A stretch of 64,000 nucleotides of DNA from an uncultured Candidatus Binatia bacterium (GCA_965214605.1 OZ243961.1:4096001-4160000); one strand, 5' to 3'; positions 49,310 through 60,064 are shown, counted from the first letter of the stretch. A program made the numbers and translations. Notes: a model not told the origin generated them from the letters alone.

Positions 49310-50293
49310 CTACGCCGCGGGCTCTTCCACCTCAAAGCCGGCCCGTTCAATGAGTCTGCGGGCCGCCTCGGCCTGCTGGCCCGGCGTTGTCAAATAGCCC
49401 TCAACAAAGAGTGAATTGGCCGGATACAGCGCCAGCCCAGCCCATTCGCCGAGATACAGCTCGCGACCGGCGGCCATGCGAATTTCGCTATGGGGATTCA
49501 GAAAGCGCATCAGACACAGGGTTTTCAGGCCCTTAATCGGGTCGATATTACGCCGTTCACCGAACGGGGTGCCAGCAATCGGATACAGGAAATTGACCGG
49601 AATCGAGTCAATGTCCAGCTCACGGGCGGCATACGCTAGATCGACAATATCCTCATCATTTTCGCCCATGCCGATGATGCCCCCAGAGCAAGTGGACAGA
49701 CCCATCCGTTTTACGTTTTTGAGCGTCTCAACCCGGTCGTCGTAGGTATGGGTGGTGCAGATCTGGGGGTAGAAGCGCCGGCTGGTATTCAGGTTATGAT
49801 TCACCCAACCGACCCCCGCATCTTTCAGCTCAGCAGCTTGGGCGGAATCCATCAGGCCCAGCGAGACGCAGAGCTCCAGCTGGGGAAACTCGGCTTTAAT
49901 CGCGCGCGCAGCCTGGCTCAGGTGCGTGATCTCCCGCCTCTGGGGTCCACGTCCGCTGGTGACCATACAGTACCGCCGGGCGCCGGCGGCTACCGCTTTG
50001 CGTGCCCCGGCCAACAGTTGGTCGTGAGGCAGGAGGCGGTATTTTTGAATGGCAGCGGTCGAAATTTTAGACTGAGAACAGTAATGGCAGTCTTCCGGAC
50101 ACAGGCCGCTCTGGGCATTTTGTAAGACACATACTTTGACCTTACGACCAAACGTCCGTTGGCGGACGCTGAAAGCCGTGGTGAGCAGTTGCCGCAGGGC
50201 GGTGTCAGCGGTTTTGAGCACGGCAAAGGCATCGGCGCGGGACAGCGCTTCACCCTCTAGTGAGGTTCGGGCCAAGGCGGAAAAATCGGGCAT
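49310..50293 (-). CDS. bioB: Biotin synthase
   Basis: CPEDCHYCSQ radical-SAM motif, CVSLG, NHNLNTS, CSGGIIGMGE, SIPVNFL and YLTTPG; GAAGGAG RBS. Confidence 0.95.
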   Translation of the reverse strand: MPDFSALARTSLEGEALSRADAFAVLKTADTALRQLLTTAFSVRQRTFGRKVKVCVLQNAQSGLCPEDCHYCSQSKISTAAIQKYRLLPHDQLLAGARKAVAAGARRYCMVTSGRGPQRREITHLSQAARAIKAEFPQLELCVSLGLMDSAQAAELKDAGVGWVNHNLNTSRRFYPQICTTHTYDDRVETLKNVKRMGLSTCSGGIIGMGENDEDIVDLAYAARELDIDSIPVNFLYPIAGTPFGERRNIDPIKGLKTLCLMRFLNPHSEIRMAAGRELYLGEWAGLALYPANSLFVEGYLTTPGQQAEAARRLIERAGFEVEEPAA

Positions 50294-50324
50294 CTCTATA
50301 CTCCTTCCACGGAACGGCATTGCT

Positions 50325-50625
50325 CTATCCTAACAGCCGCTGCACATCAATCGCGGTGTCGAACTGTCTTGTGCTGAGCGCCGCGCTGTCTGCCGCCACA
50401 TCGCCACTCAGCGACACAAATGGCAGGCAGCCCAGACACGGCACGTCGGTCAGCCCGGCCGGGCGTTGGTCTGAATGGCTAGGTCGGAGTCTGGACTTGG
50501 ATGGTTGAAGATGTAACCCAACAGGGACAGCGGAGCGTGCCTGGGCACACTCGAACGTCAGCAGGGCATGGTTCAGAGCTCCCAGCTTTGAGCCAACCAC
50601 CACCAGGATCGGAAGCCGTAGCCCG
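50325..50625 (-). pseudogene. bioD: Dethiobiotin synthetase C-terminal remnant
   Basis: LPILVVVGSKLGALNHALLT is the BioD C-terminal motif; it is fused in frame to a bioA fragment and the P-loop half is missing. Confidence 0.75.
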
Positions 50626-51256
50626 ACCGCGGCGATCTCGGGGTGATGGGCAGCCAGTACCCGCCCGGCCTCGGACAGACCGCGACAAAAACGGAACACA
50701 TGGGGTGGTGAGAGGCGCAAGGTGTCGGGTAGGAGCGACCGGTAGTACTGGTGAAACAGCGCTGAGTAGCCGACTCCGATCGCTCCCAGCGTATCGCCGT
50801 GATAAGCCTCGACGAGTGAGGCAAATTTCACACTTTTGGTCTTTGATGCTTCAACTGCCAGTACTGGCAGGTAAGCTTGAGAGCGATTTCCACCGCCGTG
50901 GCCCCGGCGTCCGAGTAAAATCCCCGGCTCAGATTTACTGGCGTGATCTCGACCAGCCTTTTGGCCAACAGGGTCGCCGGAATATTCGACAGGTCAAGTA
51001 TGGGTGAGTGGGCGATCTGATCGAGTGGTTCGGCAATCGCGGCATTCAGCTCAGGCCGGGTATGGCCAGGCGTATTGCACCACAGCGAGGAGACGGCGTC
51101 CAAATACCGGTTGCCTTGGACATCAATCAGATAGTTGCCCTCACCTCGCGCGATGACAACCGGGTCTTCGTCCAGCCAGTCTTGCATCTGGGTGAACGGA
51201 TGCCACACATAGGTATGCTCCCACGCCCTCAGGGCGGCGTACGGGGGCGGCTTCAT
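50626..51256 (-). pseudogene. bioA: DAPA aminotransferase N-terminal remnant
   Basis: VWHPFTQM, YLDAVSSLWCN, FYSDAGATAVEIALK, then a frameshift near 50830, AYHGDTLGA, and truncation at EIAAV before the PLP-lysine half. Confidence 0.85.
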
Positions 51257-51727
51257 GACAAGCCCCCCCACTTCCTTTCCGGTGGCGGCAAACGCCTCGC
51301 CAGCGTGTTGTAGATCGTCTCTCGTATGGGTCGCTATCGGGGTGACCCGAATCCGCGAGGTGCTGGCTGGGACGGTTGGAAGCCGGATGCCCTGGGCAAA
51401 CATTCCGCGTTCAAGCAGGGCCGTTGCCAGGGCCAGAGTCCGGCTGACGTCCTCGATAATCGGGGGGAGAATATGCGAACGGCTATTGCCTGGCCTAGAG
51501 CCTAGGCCGGTGAGTTGGTCGGCCAGAAAGGCGGTATTGTCCCACAGGTGGCGCCGCCGCTGGGGTTCCTAGGTGATAATATCCAGGGCGACAATGGCCA
51601 TGACCGACGGTGGAAGCGCGGTGGTATAGACAAAACTCCACGCCCGGTTCGCCAGCCAGTCAATCAGTTGACGGCTCCCGGCCACATACCCCCCAAAGCC
51701 GCCTAGCGCCTTGCCCAGCGTGCTCAG
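51253..51727 (-). pseudogene. bioF: 8-amino-7-oxononanoate synthase C-terminal remnant
   Basis: [22 protein letters not shown], an internal TAG at 51569-51571, then GIRLPTVP..TSRIRVT; the N-terminal part is absent. Confidence 0.85.
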
Positions 51728-51788
51728 AGGTAGAGCCCGCACTGCTCAAGCTCGGCCAAACGGCGGCTTGCCAGAATGTCTTTGAGCA

Positions 51789-54143
51789 TTAGTGTTTCTC
51801 TTCGGCCGCTTTAATGACTCTCTGCGTCAACAGGCGATCTATTTTCTCCCGACTATAGCCCGCCAACTCCTCCAACACCTCCACGGTGTGTTGACCGAGT
51901 AGAGGTGCAACATATGGCAGGGTCGCCGGCGTGCGTGAGAGCTTGGTGAGGATTCCGGTTTGCCGCACGGTGCCCCACTGGGGATGGGTGTGGGCCGCAA
52001 TCAGTTCGTTGGCCGCAACGTGCTCGTCTTCAAACAGGTCCGGGAGGGACAGGATCGGAGCGCAGGGCACCCCGGCCCGGTCCAGAATTGCTATCCAGTC
52101 CTGGGTCGAGCGTTGGGCAAAGCGTTCCGTCAGAACCTGGCTCAGCGGGCTGTCTACCCCGGCCTGGTTTACTTCGCGAAACGGATGCTGCCTCAGTTCT
52201 GGACGTCCCACGGTCTCACCTAGCGCCCGCCACTGGTCCTCGTCTGTCACGGCTAAAAAGAGAGAAGTATCGGCGGTCGGATAAATACGGTACAGGGCAC
52301 CAGTGCCCCAGAGATCGGGCCCACCGTTTTCCATATCTGGACGGCCTTCATAAAAAATAAAACTGTCAGCCTGGACGGCCATCGAGGCGCTGGTCAGGGA
52401 GGTTTCAATGTGTTGGCCGATACCGGTTTTTTGGCGGGCGTACAGCGCGACGCTCACCCCATAGGCAGTGAGCAACGCGGCTGCATAGTCGCACACTCCA
52501 CAGGTCAGATAAAATGGGGGTTGGTCGTGGCCGCCCTGGGCCTGCATGAGGCCCGAACGGGCTTGTAACAGCGGATCAAAGCCCGGGTAATCGTACTCTG
52601 GTCCGCTTGAACCAAAAGCTGTGACCGTGGCATAAATCAACCGCGGATTGAGAGCCGACAGAGTATCATAGTCGATACTATAGCGCTGGGTTGCGCCGGG
52701 TCGCAAATTTTCAACCACCACATCGGCCCGCCGCGCCAAATCGTATACCACCTGTTTGCCTTCAGGACTGTTCAGGTTGACCGACAGACCACGCTTGCCC
52801 TGGTTCCAGCCCAAAAAACCAAAGCCAAAGGCGCGAAACGCGTCTCCGGTCAGCGACTCGACCTTGATGACCGTCGCTCCTAGCTGGGCCAACATCATCG
52901 GACCAAGCGTGCCCGCGATATAGCTGGCAAAGTCGAGCACCACTACCCCCTGAAGCGGAGCGCCGTCGGCCATCGGGCGGCCTGGGGAAGGGGAGGGAGT
53001 CCGCCGTTCATCATCCATCTTTCTACATTTTGCGTTTTTTTTCACCTCTTCCGTATGTTGGCCCAGCAGTGGAGCCGGGCCCTGGATTGTCCCCGGAGTT
53101 CGGGACATCTGGACCGGTATGCCCATCTGGACGGTTTTGCCCAGCTGCGGGTCGTCGACCTCCACCCGCAGGCGCTGATGAATCACCTGCGAGAACTCCA
53201 TAAACTCCTGACGGCTGGTGACCGGCGCGCAGGGGATATCGTTGGCGCGCAGGATGTTCAGCCACTCGGCCCGGGGTTTGGTCCGGATAATCGCGCCAAT
53301 TCGGTCTGCTAACTCCTGTCTATCTTCGGCTGCGATCCCCCACGGTGCTCTCTCATAGCGCGGGTCTGACAACCACTCGGTTTGTTCCAGCGCCAGACAG
53401 AATTTGTTCCAAAAGGTCGAGTTACCACACGCTACAAACAGCCAGTCGTCCCGGGCCTGGAACAGGCGGTAGACCGGAATTGGGCCCAGAGGGTCGAGCC
53501 GGCCACTAAACAGGCGGAGGATATCGGAATGGTACAGGATCGTTCCGGTGTTCATGGCAAACGCACCGGCCAACCAGGACACTTCGAGTTCCTGGCCCAG
53601 ACCGCTACGCTCGCGCTCGAACAATGCTGCAGCAATAGAACCGCTGGCCACAAACGCCGCCCCATAACTGGCAATCGGAATGATCAGGTACACGCCACCG
53701 GCCCGATGTGACCACTGACTGCCTAAGAGGCCGCTCAGCGCGGCAACCAGCGTGTCGTCTGGAAAACGGTTGGCGTGGGGGCCGGTCGTGCCAAAGGCGG
53801 GGAGATGACAGCCAATCAAACCGGGATGGTTGTTGGCCAGGCTGGCGTAGCCGAGTTGCTCCTCAAGAGCGCTCCCGGGCTGAAAATCGGTTAGGACAAT
53901 ATCTGCCCCGGCAACGAGCTGCCGAATAAGGGCGAGCCCCTCGGGCGTGGCCGGATCGGTCACAACGCTCTGCTTGCTGCGATTCCAAACATGGAAACCG
54001 GGCGTACCCCGCGCCGCATCACCCTGTGGCGGTTCGACCTTAACGACCTGTGCGCCTTGCTCGGCAAGCAACATCCCGGTATACGGACCAGCAATACCTT
54101 GTGTCAGATCAATAATCCGGATACCGTCTAGTGCACCGGCCAT
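51789..54143 (-). CDS. Tandem two-domain class III CoA-transferase (CaiB/BaiF)
   Basis: Two copies of L.G..V.D...IAG...GA.V.KVE...GD and WN..K, each ending in APLLGQHT. Confidence 0.92.
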   Translation of the reverse strand: MAGALDGIRIIDLTQGIAGPYTGMLLAEQGAQVVKVEPPQGDAARGTPGFHVWNRSKQSVVTDPATPEGLALIRQLVAGADIVLTDFQPGSALEEQLGYASLANNHPGLIGCHLPAFGTTGPHANRFPDDTLVAALSGLLGSQWSHRAGGVYLIIPIASYGAAFVASGSIAAALFERERSGLGQELEVSWLAGAFAMNTGTILYHSDILRLFSGRLDPLGPIPVYRLFQARDDWLFVACGNSTFWNKFCLALEQTEWLSDPRYERAPWGIAAEDRQELADRIGAIIRTKPRAEWLNILRANDIPCAPVTSRQEFMEFSQVIHQRLRVEVDDPQLGKTVQMGIPVQMSRTPGTIQGPAPLLGQHTEEVKKNAKCRKMDDERRTPSPSPGRPMADGAPLQGVVVLDFASYIAGTLGPMMLAQLGATVIKVESLTGDAFRAFGFGFLGWNQGKRGLSVNLNSPEGKQVVYDLARRADVVVENLRPGATQRYSIDYDTLSALNPRLIYATVTAFGSSGPEYDYPGFDPLLQARSGLMQAQGGHDQPPFYLTCGVCDYAAALLTAYGVSVALYARQKTGIGQHIETSLTSASMAVQADSFIFYEGRPDMENGGPDLWGTGALYRIYPTADTSLFLAVTDEDQWRALGETVGRPELRQHPFREVNQAGVDSPLSQVLTERFAQRSTQDWIAILDRAGVPCAPILSLPDLFEDEHVAANELIAAHTHPQWGTVRQTGILTKLSRTPATLPYVAPLLGQHTVEVLEELAGYSREKIDRLLTQRVIKAAEEKH

Positions 54144-54188
54144 CGTCTCCTCCAGGTCACAACCCCCAACGTTCTCTGAGGGCTTACT

Positions 54189-54617
54189 ATGCTGTCTCCC
54201 GTTGAAAAACTCAACCAAGCACTGCGCGAAAATCGGCCTGACGAATACCTCTCGACTTTACATCGGGAACTCGGTCTGCGGGCCCTGGCCTTCCGGCCCG
54301 GCGAATCGTTCTGGGAGTGGGAGGCGAGCCAAGAGCGCGTGCTTAACCCGTTTGGCTATGTCTCGGGCGGCTATTTGGCCGTGTTTGCCGACGAACTGCT
54401 GGCTAGTGCGCTCGGCTCGCTGCTGGACACAGGAGAATTGGCCACCACTGCCGAACTCAAGATCAGTTTCTTAAAGCCGGTTGCCAAAGGGCTCCTGCGG
54501 GGCGAGGGCAAAGTGTTGCGCAAAGGCAGGCGTGTAGCGTTTGTGGAAGCCCGGATCACCAACGCCAAAGACGAGCTAGTTGGGGTGGTGACCAGCACTT
54601 GGACGGTGGTGAGCTGA
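54189..54617 (+). CDS. PaaI-family thioesterase
   Basis: NPFGYVSGG....FADE, TAELKISFLKP and GRRVAFVEA motifs. Confidence 0.88.
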   Translation: MLSPVEKLNQALRENRPDEYLSTLHRELGLRALAFRPGESFWEWEASQERVLNPFGYVSGGYLAVFADELLASALGSLLDTGELATTAELKISFLKPVAKGLLRGEGKVLRKGRRVAFVEARITNAKDELVGVVTSTWTVVS

Positions 54618-54760
54618 GTCTCTGAAAAGAAAAAACCACGCCAAAAGAGAGGTCTGTAGAGGGATAGCGGTCTATGACTTCACCAGCACGCCTCCTTTGG
54701 GCGGACGACACGAGAGCTGAACAGGGGGAAACGCTCAGGGAAAATCAGACTAATAGGCGC

Positions 54761-55238
54761 ATGGCACGAGGTCAGAAGAACGAGTCACAAGCCGATCGCG
54801 CGCTATACGAAGCCGGACGGTCCAGGGTGCCACAGCCGGCTATGAGACCAAGCTGCGGCGCATGACCGACACCCACATGGAGACCGCCGAGTACAGGCAC
54901 GTCGTCCTTGGCCTGATCTTTTTGGAATACCCCTCTGACACTGAGGAGATGCACGCGCCTTATTGGCGGAACACGGCCCGCCCCAGAGGATCTCGGACGA
55001 TACGCTAGCCTCTTATACCCCCCTTGAGGCCGACGACAACGCGCTTCAGGCATTTGGGGTCGGCCCGTGCGTACCATCGCTCGTACGCTGGTGGAGACCG
55101 TGCGAAACAACGTCAGACTCGACTGGACGCTCGGCGAGAACAGCCGGTCGAATCTGCGGCGGCTGGCCAAACGCATCCTGCACAAACGTGGTTACCCGCC
55201 GGACAAGCAGGAGTAAGGCAACGCGGTCGGTATTGTAA
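54761..55238 (+). pseudogene. Collapsed type I restriction-modification locus (hsdM N-terminus joined to hsdR C-terminus)
   Basis: [29 protein letters not shown] resembles the HsdM N-terminus. About 150 nt later, [41 protein letters not shown] resembles the HsdR C-terminal (DUF3387-like) region. Confidence 0.75.
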
Positions 55239-55282
55239 AGGAGGATGAGGCTTTGCCCGCTGTGTGAGCGACCTGAGCCGGT

Positions 55283-55325
55283 GAAGAGGGGGACAAGAGA
55301 CATTCCCCTCTCTTGTCCCCCCTTC
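55283..55325. terminator. Strong hairpin downstream of the LLM gene
   Basis: GGGGGACAAGAGA / TCTCTTGTCCCCC perfect 13-bp stem with an 8-nt loop; no clear U-tract. Confidence 0.4.
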
Positions 55326-55441
55326 GATGATGAGGAAGACTTTCTTTCGCCGGAAGTCGGCCAGTACGAGGTTGATGCGGGGACGGTCTTGAGTCGTGTG
55401 GCAGACTGCCCCAGGGTCACCAGGGGAGACGAAACGTTATC

Positions 55442-56578
55442 TTAGTCTGCAAACCTGGGCATGACTTTCTCAGCGAATAGTTCGAGCGAGCTCATGATCT
55501 GGTCGCGGTTATGAATGCCCTGCGGGAGCAGGAAGAAACATTCTTTGATCGGAATCTTCGCGCTGGCCTCTTCTAGGCGGCGGCACAGGGCGTCTGGGTC
55601 GCCGACCAACAGCTCGGGGTAGTGCTGGCCAAAGGGAAGAAACCATTTATCCCACATCCACAACGGGTCTTTGAGCCAGTCCTGAGCGACCGTCCTGTCT
55701 TTATGGCAGATCAACAGACCGCCCCAGGCTGCCTCATCGCCCGGCTCAATATCACGTCCGTGTTTGAGCGCTTCATCATGATAGCCCGACCACAGGCGTT
55801 TGCAGAAGTCGAGGTCTGAGGCCAGTACGATCGGCTTGCCGCCATACTTGGCCCAGAACAGCGCGGTCCGCATACTGTGGGTGAAACCACCGTACAGCGG
55901 TGGGTGGGGTTGTTGATAGGGTTTGGGGGCAATACCGATTTCACGAATTCGCATGTCGGCATCGACTCCTTGACCGTATTCGGTATACGACGATTGGGGA
56001 TGTGGGTTGATAAAGTCGTCCGGTGGAATGGTCCAATATTTGCCCTTGTGGCTGAAAGTATCGTGCCGCCAGGCTTTGAGTACTATCTCGACAAACTCGG
56101 TGAAATACTCGCGGTTCATGGCGTCGTCCGGGCTGTTGCGGTTCCAGTCGCCGATCGCGTTAAGATCCGGCCGAATCCGGTAGTTGTGAACCCAGCGGGC
56201 CTGGTAGCCCCGGACTAGCCCAACGCCTAAACGTCCCTTGAGCATATGGTCTAGAGTAGCAATGTACTCCGCAGTCCGGACCGGATTATGGGTCGGTGCC
56301 ACCCAACCGACCATGTTGACCTGGAGGCGCCTGCTGTGTTGGCCTATCCACATCGATAACAGGCCAGGTTCATTGCTGGCCTCAAAGCCCTCAATCTGGA
56401 GGTGGTGTTCGGGATGGCTAAAGCCCGCATAGCCGGCCTCGTCGGCAAAGCTGACGTACTCGGCCACTTCGTCTAGCATGCGTTGGTACAGTTCCGGTCG
56501 CTTGCCGGCTAGTCCGGCTTCGAGCTCGTGCCGCCTACCAAGTGTTGCATAGATGAATAGATGGAATTTCATAGCCAT
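55442..56578 (-). CDS. LLM-class flavin-dependent oxidoreductase
   Basis: PEHHLQIEG, HNPVRTAE.IATLDHM.KGR..VG..RGYQ, PKPYQQPHPP and LFAEKVMP motifs. Confidence 0.88.
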   Translation of the reverse strand: MAMKFHLFIYATLGRRHELEAGLAGKRPELYQRMLDEVAEYVSFADEAGYAGFSHPEHHLQIEGFEASNEPGLLSMWIGQHSRRLQVNMVGWVAPTHNPVRTAEYIATLDHMLKGRLGVGLVRGYQARWVHNYRIRPDLNAIGDWNRNSPDDAMNREYFTEFVEIVLKAWRHDTFSHKGKYWTIPPDDFINPHPQSSYTEYGQGVDADMRIREIGIAPKPYQQPHPPLYGGFTHSMRTALFWAKYGGKPIVLASDLDFCKRLWSGYHDEALKHGRDIEPGDEAAWGGLLICHKDRTVAQDWLKDPLWMWDKWFLPFGQHYPELLVGDPDALCRRLEEASAKIPIKECFFLLPQGIHNRDQIMSSLELFAEKVMPRFAD

Positions 56579-56629
56579 CTCCCTCCTTCAGGGGGGGGGT
56601 AGCAAGAGGTCGTGTCGGTGGAGTCGCGG

Positions 56630-58360
56630 TTAGGAAATCGGCACGCTCACCCGAACTTCCGTGCCTTGACCACGGGCACTTGAGACCTGCAAGGTACCCC
56701 CACAGGCTTCTACTCGCTCACGCATATATAAGAGGCTGTACCGGCCGTACGGGTGCTGCTCCAGATGAGAGCCTTGACCGTCGTCTTTGATCAGCAGGGA
56801 AACCCCTTTGTGTTCCTGGACAACAGCGATTTCAACGTTCTGGGCAAGAGCGTGCTTGTCGATGTTATTGAGCGCTTCTTGGGTAATCCGGAACAGGGTT
56901 AGGGTGGCGGCCGACGGCAAGGGTAAGACCGAGTCGTCGGCCTGCACGGTGACCCGAAACAGGATTCTTTTGCGTAGCTTGTCCACATACTCTTGCAGCG
57001 CGGCCACAAAGCCAAAATCATCCAGGGTGGCGGGCCGCAGCTCGTCTATCAGACCACGCACAACGGAGGCCATCTCGTCCATTTCGGTTGCCAGACGCTG
57101 GATCTGTTCCTCTGCCTCGGGCACGCGTTGGAGAAAAAGGTCTTTGCTGCGCCGAAAATCTTGAAGAACGCCAAACAGCTTCTTGCCGAGATGGGTGTGC
57201 CACTGCTCAACCAGATGTTTGCGTTCCTCTTCCTGGGTGCTGATGACTGTATGCAGCAGACCCCGCAGTTGCCGGGTCTCGTTTTCAAGCCCCTCATACA
57301 GCTGAGCATTTTCAATGGCTAGCGCGGTGTGCTGGGCAACGGTGGTCAGCAGGTCGATCGTTTCTGCAGAGAACCCCTCGGCTGGGTTCTGATCGGCTAC
57401 TAGGAGGCAACCTAAAGGCTGCGGATACTCTGGCTGCATGACTGGGGTGATGAGTAAACTCTGCTCAGCGATGTCGTGTAGGGCGTCGGGCTGGAGGTGG
57501 GTTTGCAGGGCTTCTGGAGTGTCCAACACCAGCGTGCCCCGGTCGCACGCCCGACGCAGCAGACCACCCTCGGCCAAACTGGTGGCCAGAGCCGTAGAGG
57601 CGGGTACTGGAAAGTCGCCGCCGACCGCAATCCGGTCGGCCTGTTCACTGCGGCGGTCGAGCAGGAGAAGCCCAACGCCTTCGCACGGCAACAAGCGGTC
57701 AAGGGCGTCAACCAACCGCTGCATGATGGTGTCGATATCCAGATTGCTCAACGCGCGGTTGACCTCCCACAGCTGCTCTATGGCTTGGGGCGACAGCGGA
57801 TGATGGACCGACTGAGCGGTGTACAGCGGCGGAGACGAAGACAGTGCAGCACTGATCCCGCCCGCCAAAAAGAGACAGACGATCTGGAGGCCGACACCGC
57901 TTTCGGGGACGGAGAAAAAGGACACTAATTCTAGGCAGAATAGCGTCTGGACAGCGGCCATGAGCAGCCCGGCAATCCAGCCAAAGCGGACGCCGACAGC
58001 CAGAATCACGACGTAGAAATAGGCAAAAGCCGGGCTCTCGATCCCGCCACTCACCCCACACAGTAAGGTCACGAGGGCTGTGTCGAGGAGCGGAATTGGG
58101 ACTGAAAGTGGCCGACCCTGGTGGAGACGGTAGGCCACATAGTGGCTGAAGCCACAGTAGGCCAGACCAAGACCAAAGACGAGAGTTGCCGCTGGTTGCA
58201 GTACGGCAGGGTCTGACGCCGAGAGAAGGTACCACCAGCCCAAAACCCCAAGCCACCGCAGGCGTGCCCAGATCTTTTCTTGCTGGGCGAGTTGTGCTTG
58301 GCTATCAGAACGATACGCACCCCAGAAGGCTAACCGCAATTGTGAAAGCAATGTCTCCAT
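56630..58360 (-). CDS. Membrane sensor histidine kinase (GAF + HisKA_3 + HATPase_c), partly degenerate
   Basis: Several TM helices, GAF ending ALAIENAQLY, QEEERK...H, ELRPATLDDFG, FRITQEALNNI.KHA, DDGQG and MRER..ACGG. Confidence 0.85.
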   Translation of the reverse strand: METLLSQLRLAFWGAYRSDSQAQLAQQEKIWARLRWLGVLGWWYLLSASDPAVLQPAATLVFGLGLAYCGFSHYVAYRLHQGRPLSVPIPLLDTALVTLLCGVSGGIESPAFAYFYVVILAVGVRFGWIAGLLMAAVQTLFCLELVSFFSVPESGVGLQIVCLFLAGGISAALSSSPPLYTAQSVHHPLSPQAIEQLWEVNRALSNLDIDTIMQRLVDALDRLLPCEGVGLLLLDRRSEQADRIAVGGDFPVPASTALATSLAEGGLLRRACDRGTLVLDTPEALQTHLQPDALHDIAEQSLLITPVMQPEYPQPLGCLLVADQNPAEGFSAETIDLLTTVAQHTALAIENAQLYEGLENETRQLRGLLHTVISTQEEERKHLVEQWHTHLGKKLFGVLQDFRRSKDLFLQRVPEAEEQIQRLATEMDEMASVVRGLIDELRPATLDDFGFVAALQEYVDKLRKRILFRVTVQADDSVLPLPSAATLTLFRITQEALNNIDKHALAQNVEIAVVQEHKGVSLLIKDDGQGSHLEQHPYGRYSLLYMRERVEACGGTLQVSSARGQGTEVRVSVPIS

Positions 58361-58389
58361 ATTGTCGACGAAGCGCTCCCCCTATTTAC

Positions 58390-58760
58390 TCTGCTGTCTC
58401 TGCCTTGTCCAGGTCGTCTTAGCTTTTGTCGTGCTGAACCTCCACTCCGGCTAGGCGTTCCAAGACTTTTACCAGAACCTAGGGAGCCATCGTCACCAGC
58501 TCCAGTATCTCCAGAGCGCGAAACAGGTTCTGGACTAGGCTCTGGTAGCGGGCAAGGGCTAGCTGCAGGTGAGCGGGGCCTCTTGGAGGACGAACCGCAA
58601 ATCCTTTTGCTGAAACTTCACCGTAAAACTCGGCGTAAAATCGTGCTCAAGCACACGCGGGGCTGGGTTCGATAACTGCCCAGGAGCCAACCGCCCCGCC
58701 ACTGACCGCCTGTTGCATTTTTTCCGGATTCAGGCCGACTTTGGCACTAAATATCGCTCC
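58390..58760 (-). pseudogene. Possible decayed NarL/LuxR-type response regulator
   Basis: Fragments PEKMQQAVSGGAVG (REC-like) and LEILELV (HTH-like) in broken frames directly upstream of the kinase. Confidence 0.3.
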
Positions 58761-59199
58761 GAGCCAAGTTTGTCACCGCCACCACAATTTTCTTGCATAG
58801 CTTGGTCAGCTGCCCAGCCCTGCTCGGCCCCATAGTTTAGGTGAGGTTTTTGCCCGTCGTCTCTAAAGAGCAGCAGGGAGCGCTCTAAAGACCTCTGGTT
58901 TATTTCCAGCCGAAACCGATAAGGTCTCGGCACTCTCTCCACCCTCTCTGCGTGAATAGCCCGCTTTGAGCAGGGTACACGACCATGGGCTTATCCATGA
59001 AGCCCGGCCCAACAAAGCCGAGACGTGTTTGCTCCCTCTCTTGCTGGCGCGTGAGGGCACTATTTTTCTGCTGTTTGAGACAGGAGAGCAAGGCCCGCGG
59101 GAAGGAGGCGAGCGGCCGGGGGATGGGTCCGAAAAGGAAGGGGAGAAACAGAGAGGGGCAAGCCGCTACACCGGAGCTTCACTCCTCTCTACATCTGGG

Positions 59200-59754
59200 C
59201 TAGGCAGGGGTTTCCCAGCTGATTTCCTGGAAGCCGTCTTGTTCTTCAACAACAGGTTCTTCTTTCTCATCCCAAGACCAAGACTTATCGCGTTCGGCTG
59301 GCGCTGGAGCGGACGAGTCTGCCACGGACGCGGTAGGTTTGTCCCGTTGTGGAGCCGGAGTTGCGGGCTTGGGCCGACCGCGGATAGGCAGGCGGTTGCG
59401 GACCTCGCGCCAATGAAAGCTGCTGGGTGGGCTTTGGAGCCGCTCAAAGCTGGCGAGGAGTAATTCTTTGCTGTCAGCACGACCAAAGCAGTGGTCGCCA
59501 ATCCACATTTCCCAGCCGGGCCGGACGCTGCCGTCTGGCGCGGTCAAATCTCGACGCACAAAATTAGGCGTCACTGGCGGAAGAACGTTACTCTCCTGAA
59601 CCTCGTCGTCGGCCGGACTGTCAGCCTTGGCTGACTGGGCAGAGCTGGCGGGAGCTGGCGACTGGGAGGTTGGCCCCCTTGATTTGGCTGCCCGCTTGGC
59701 GCTGCGCTTTTTGGCAGCTGGCTTTGTTTCCTGCCGTGCAGGACGCAGACTCAT
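59200..59754 (-). CDS. Hypothetical protein with disordered basic/Pro-rich termini
   Basis: AGGAGAGGA RBS, 184-aa ORF, central globular-looking segment (RPGWEMWIGDHCFGRADS). Confidence 0.65.
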   Translation of the reverse strand: MSLRPARQETKPAAKKRSAKRAAKSRGPTSQSPAPASSAQSAKADSPADDEVQESNVLPPVTPNFVRRDLTAPDGSVRPGWEMWIGDHCFGRADSKELLLASFERLQSPPSSFHWREVRNRLPIRGRPKPATPAPQRDKPTASVADSSAPAPAERDKSWSWDEKEEPVVEEQDGFQEISWETPA

Positions 59755-60064
59755 ATCCTCTCCTTCTAGGCGCTTCTTCTGGACGAGTCCGGAAGAAGGT
59801 TAGGTGAGCCGTGGCTGAGAGTACGGCCTGGAGAAGCGCTTGCCGACCCACGTTCAGGCACGATTCACTACAACTGGCCGGATGGGTGAAAATGAAACGG
59901 ATATGCCAAGATGTTCAAGATATTGCAGACATCGACTCTCTTGGATATCACTTGCTCCGTAAGAGCCTGCCACGTTTTTGCTTTTATTTCAATCCCCCAT
60001 ACCGTCCCCATCGCCCGTGTTTAGGCTTACTATATGCGGCGATAATACGGCGGTCAGTCGGGGT

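Noticed and set aside
55245-55445. YgiT/MqsA-type zinc-finger antitoxin
   Set aside because: Only one CxxC, the ORF spans a strong hairpin, and no toxin partner is visible.
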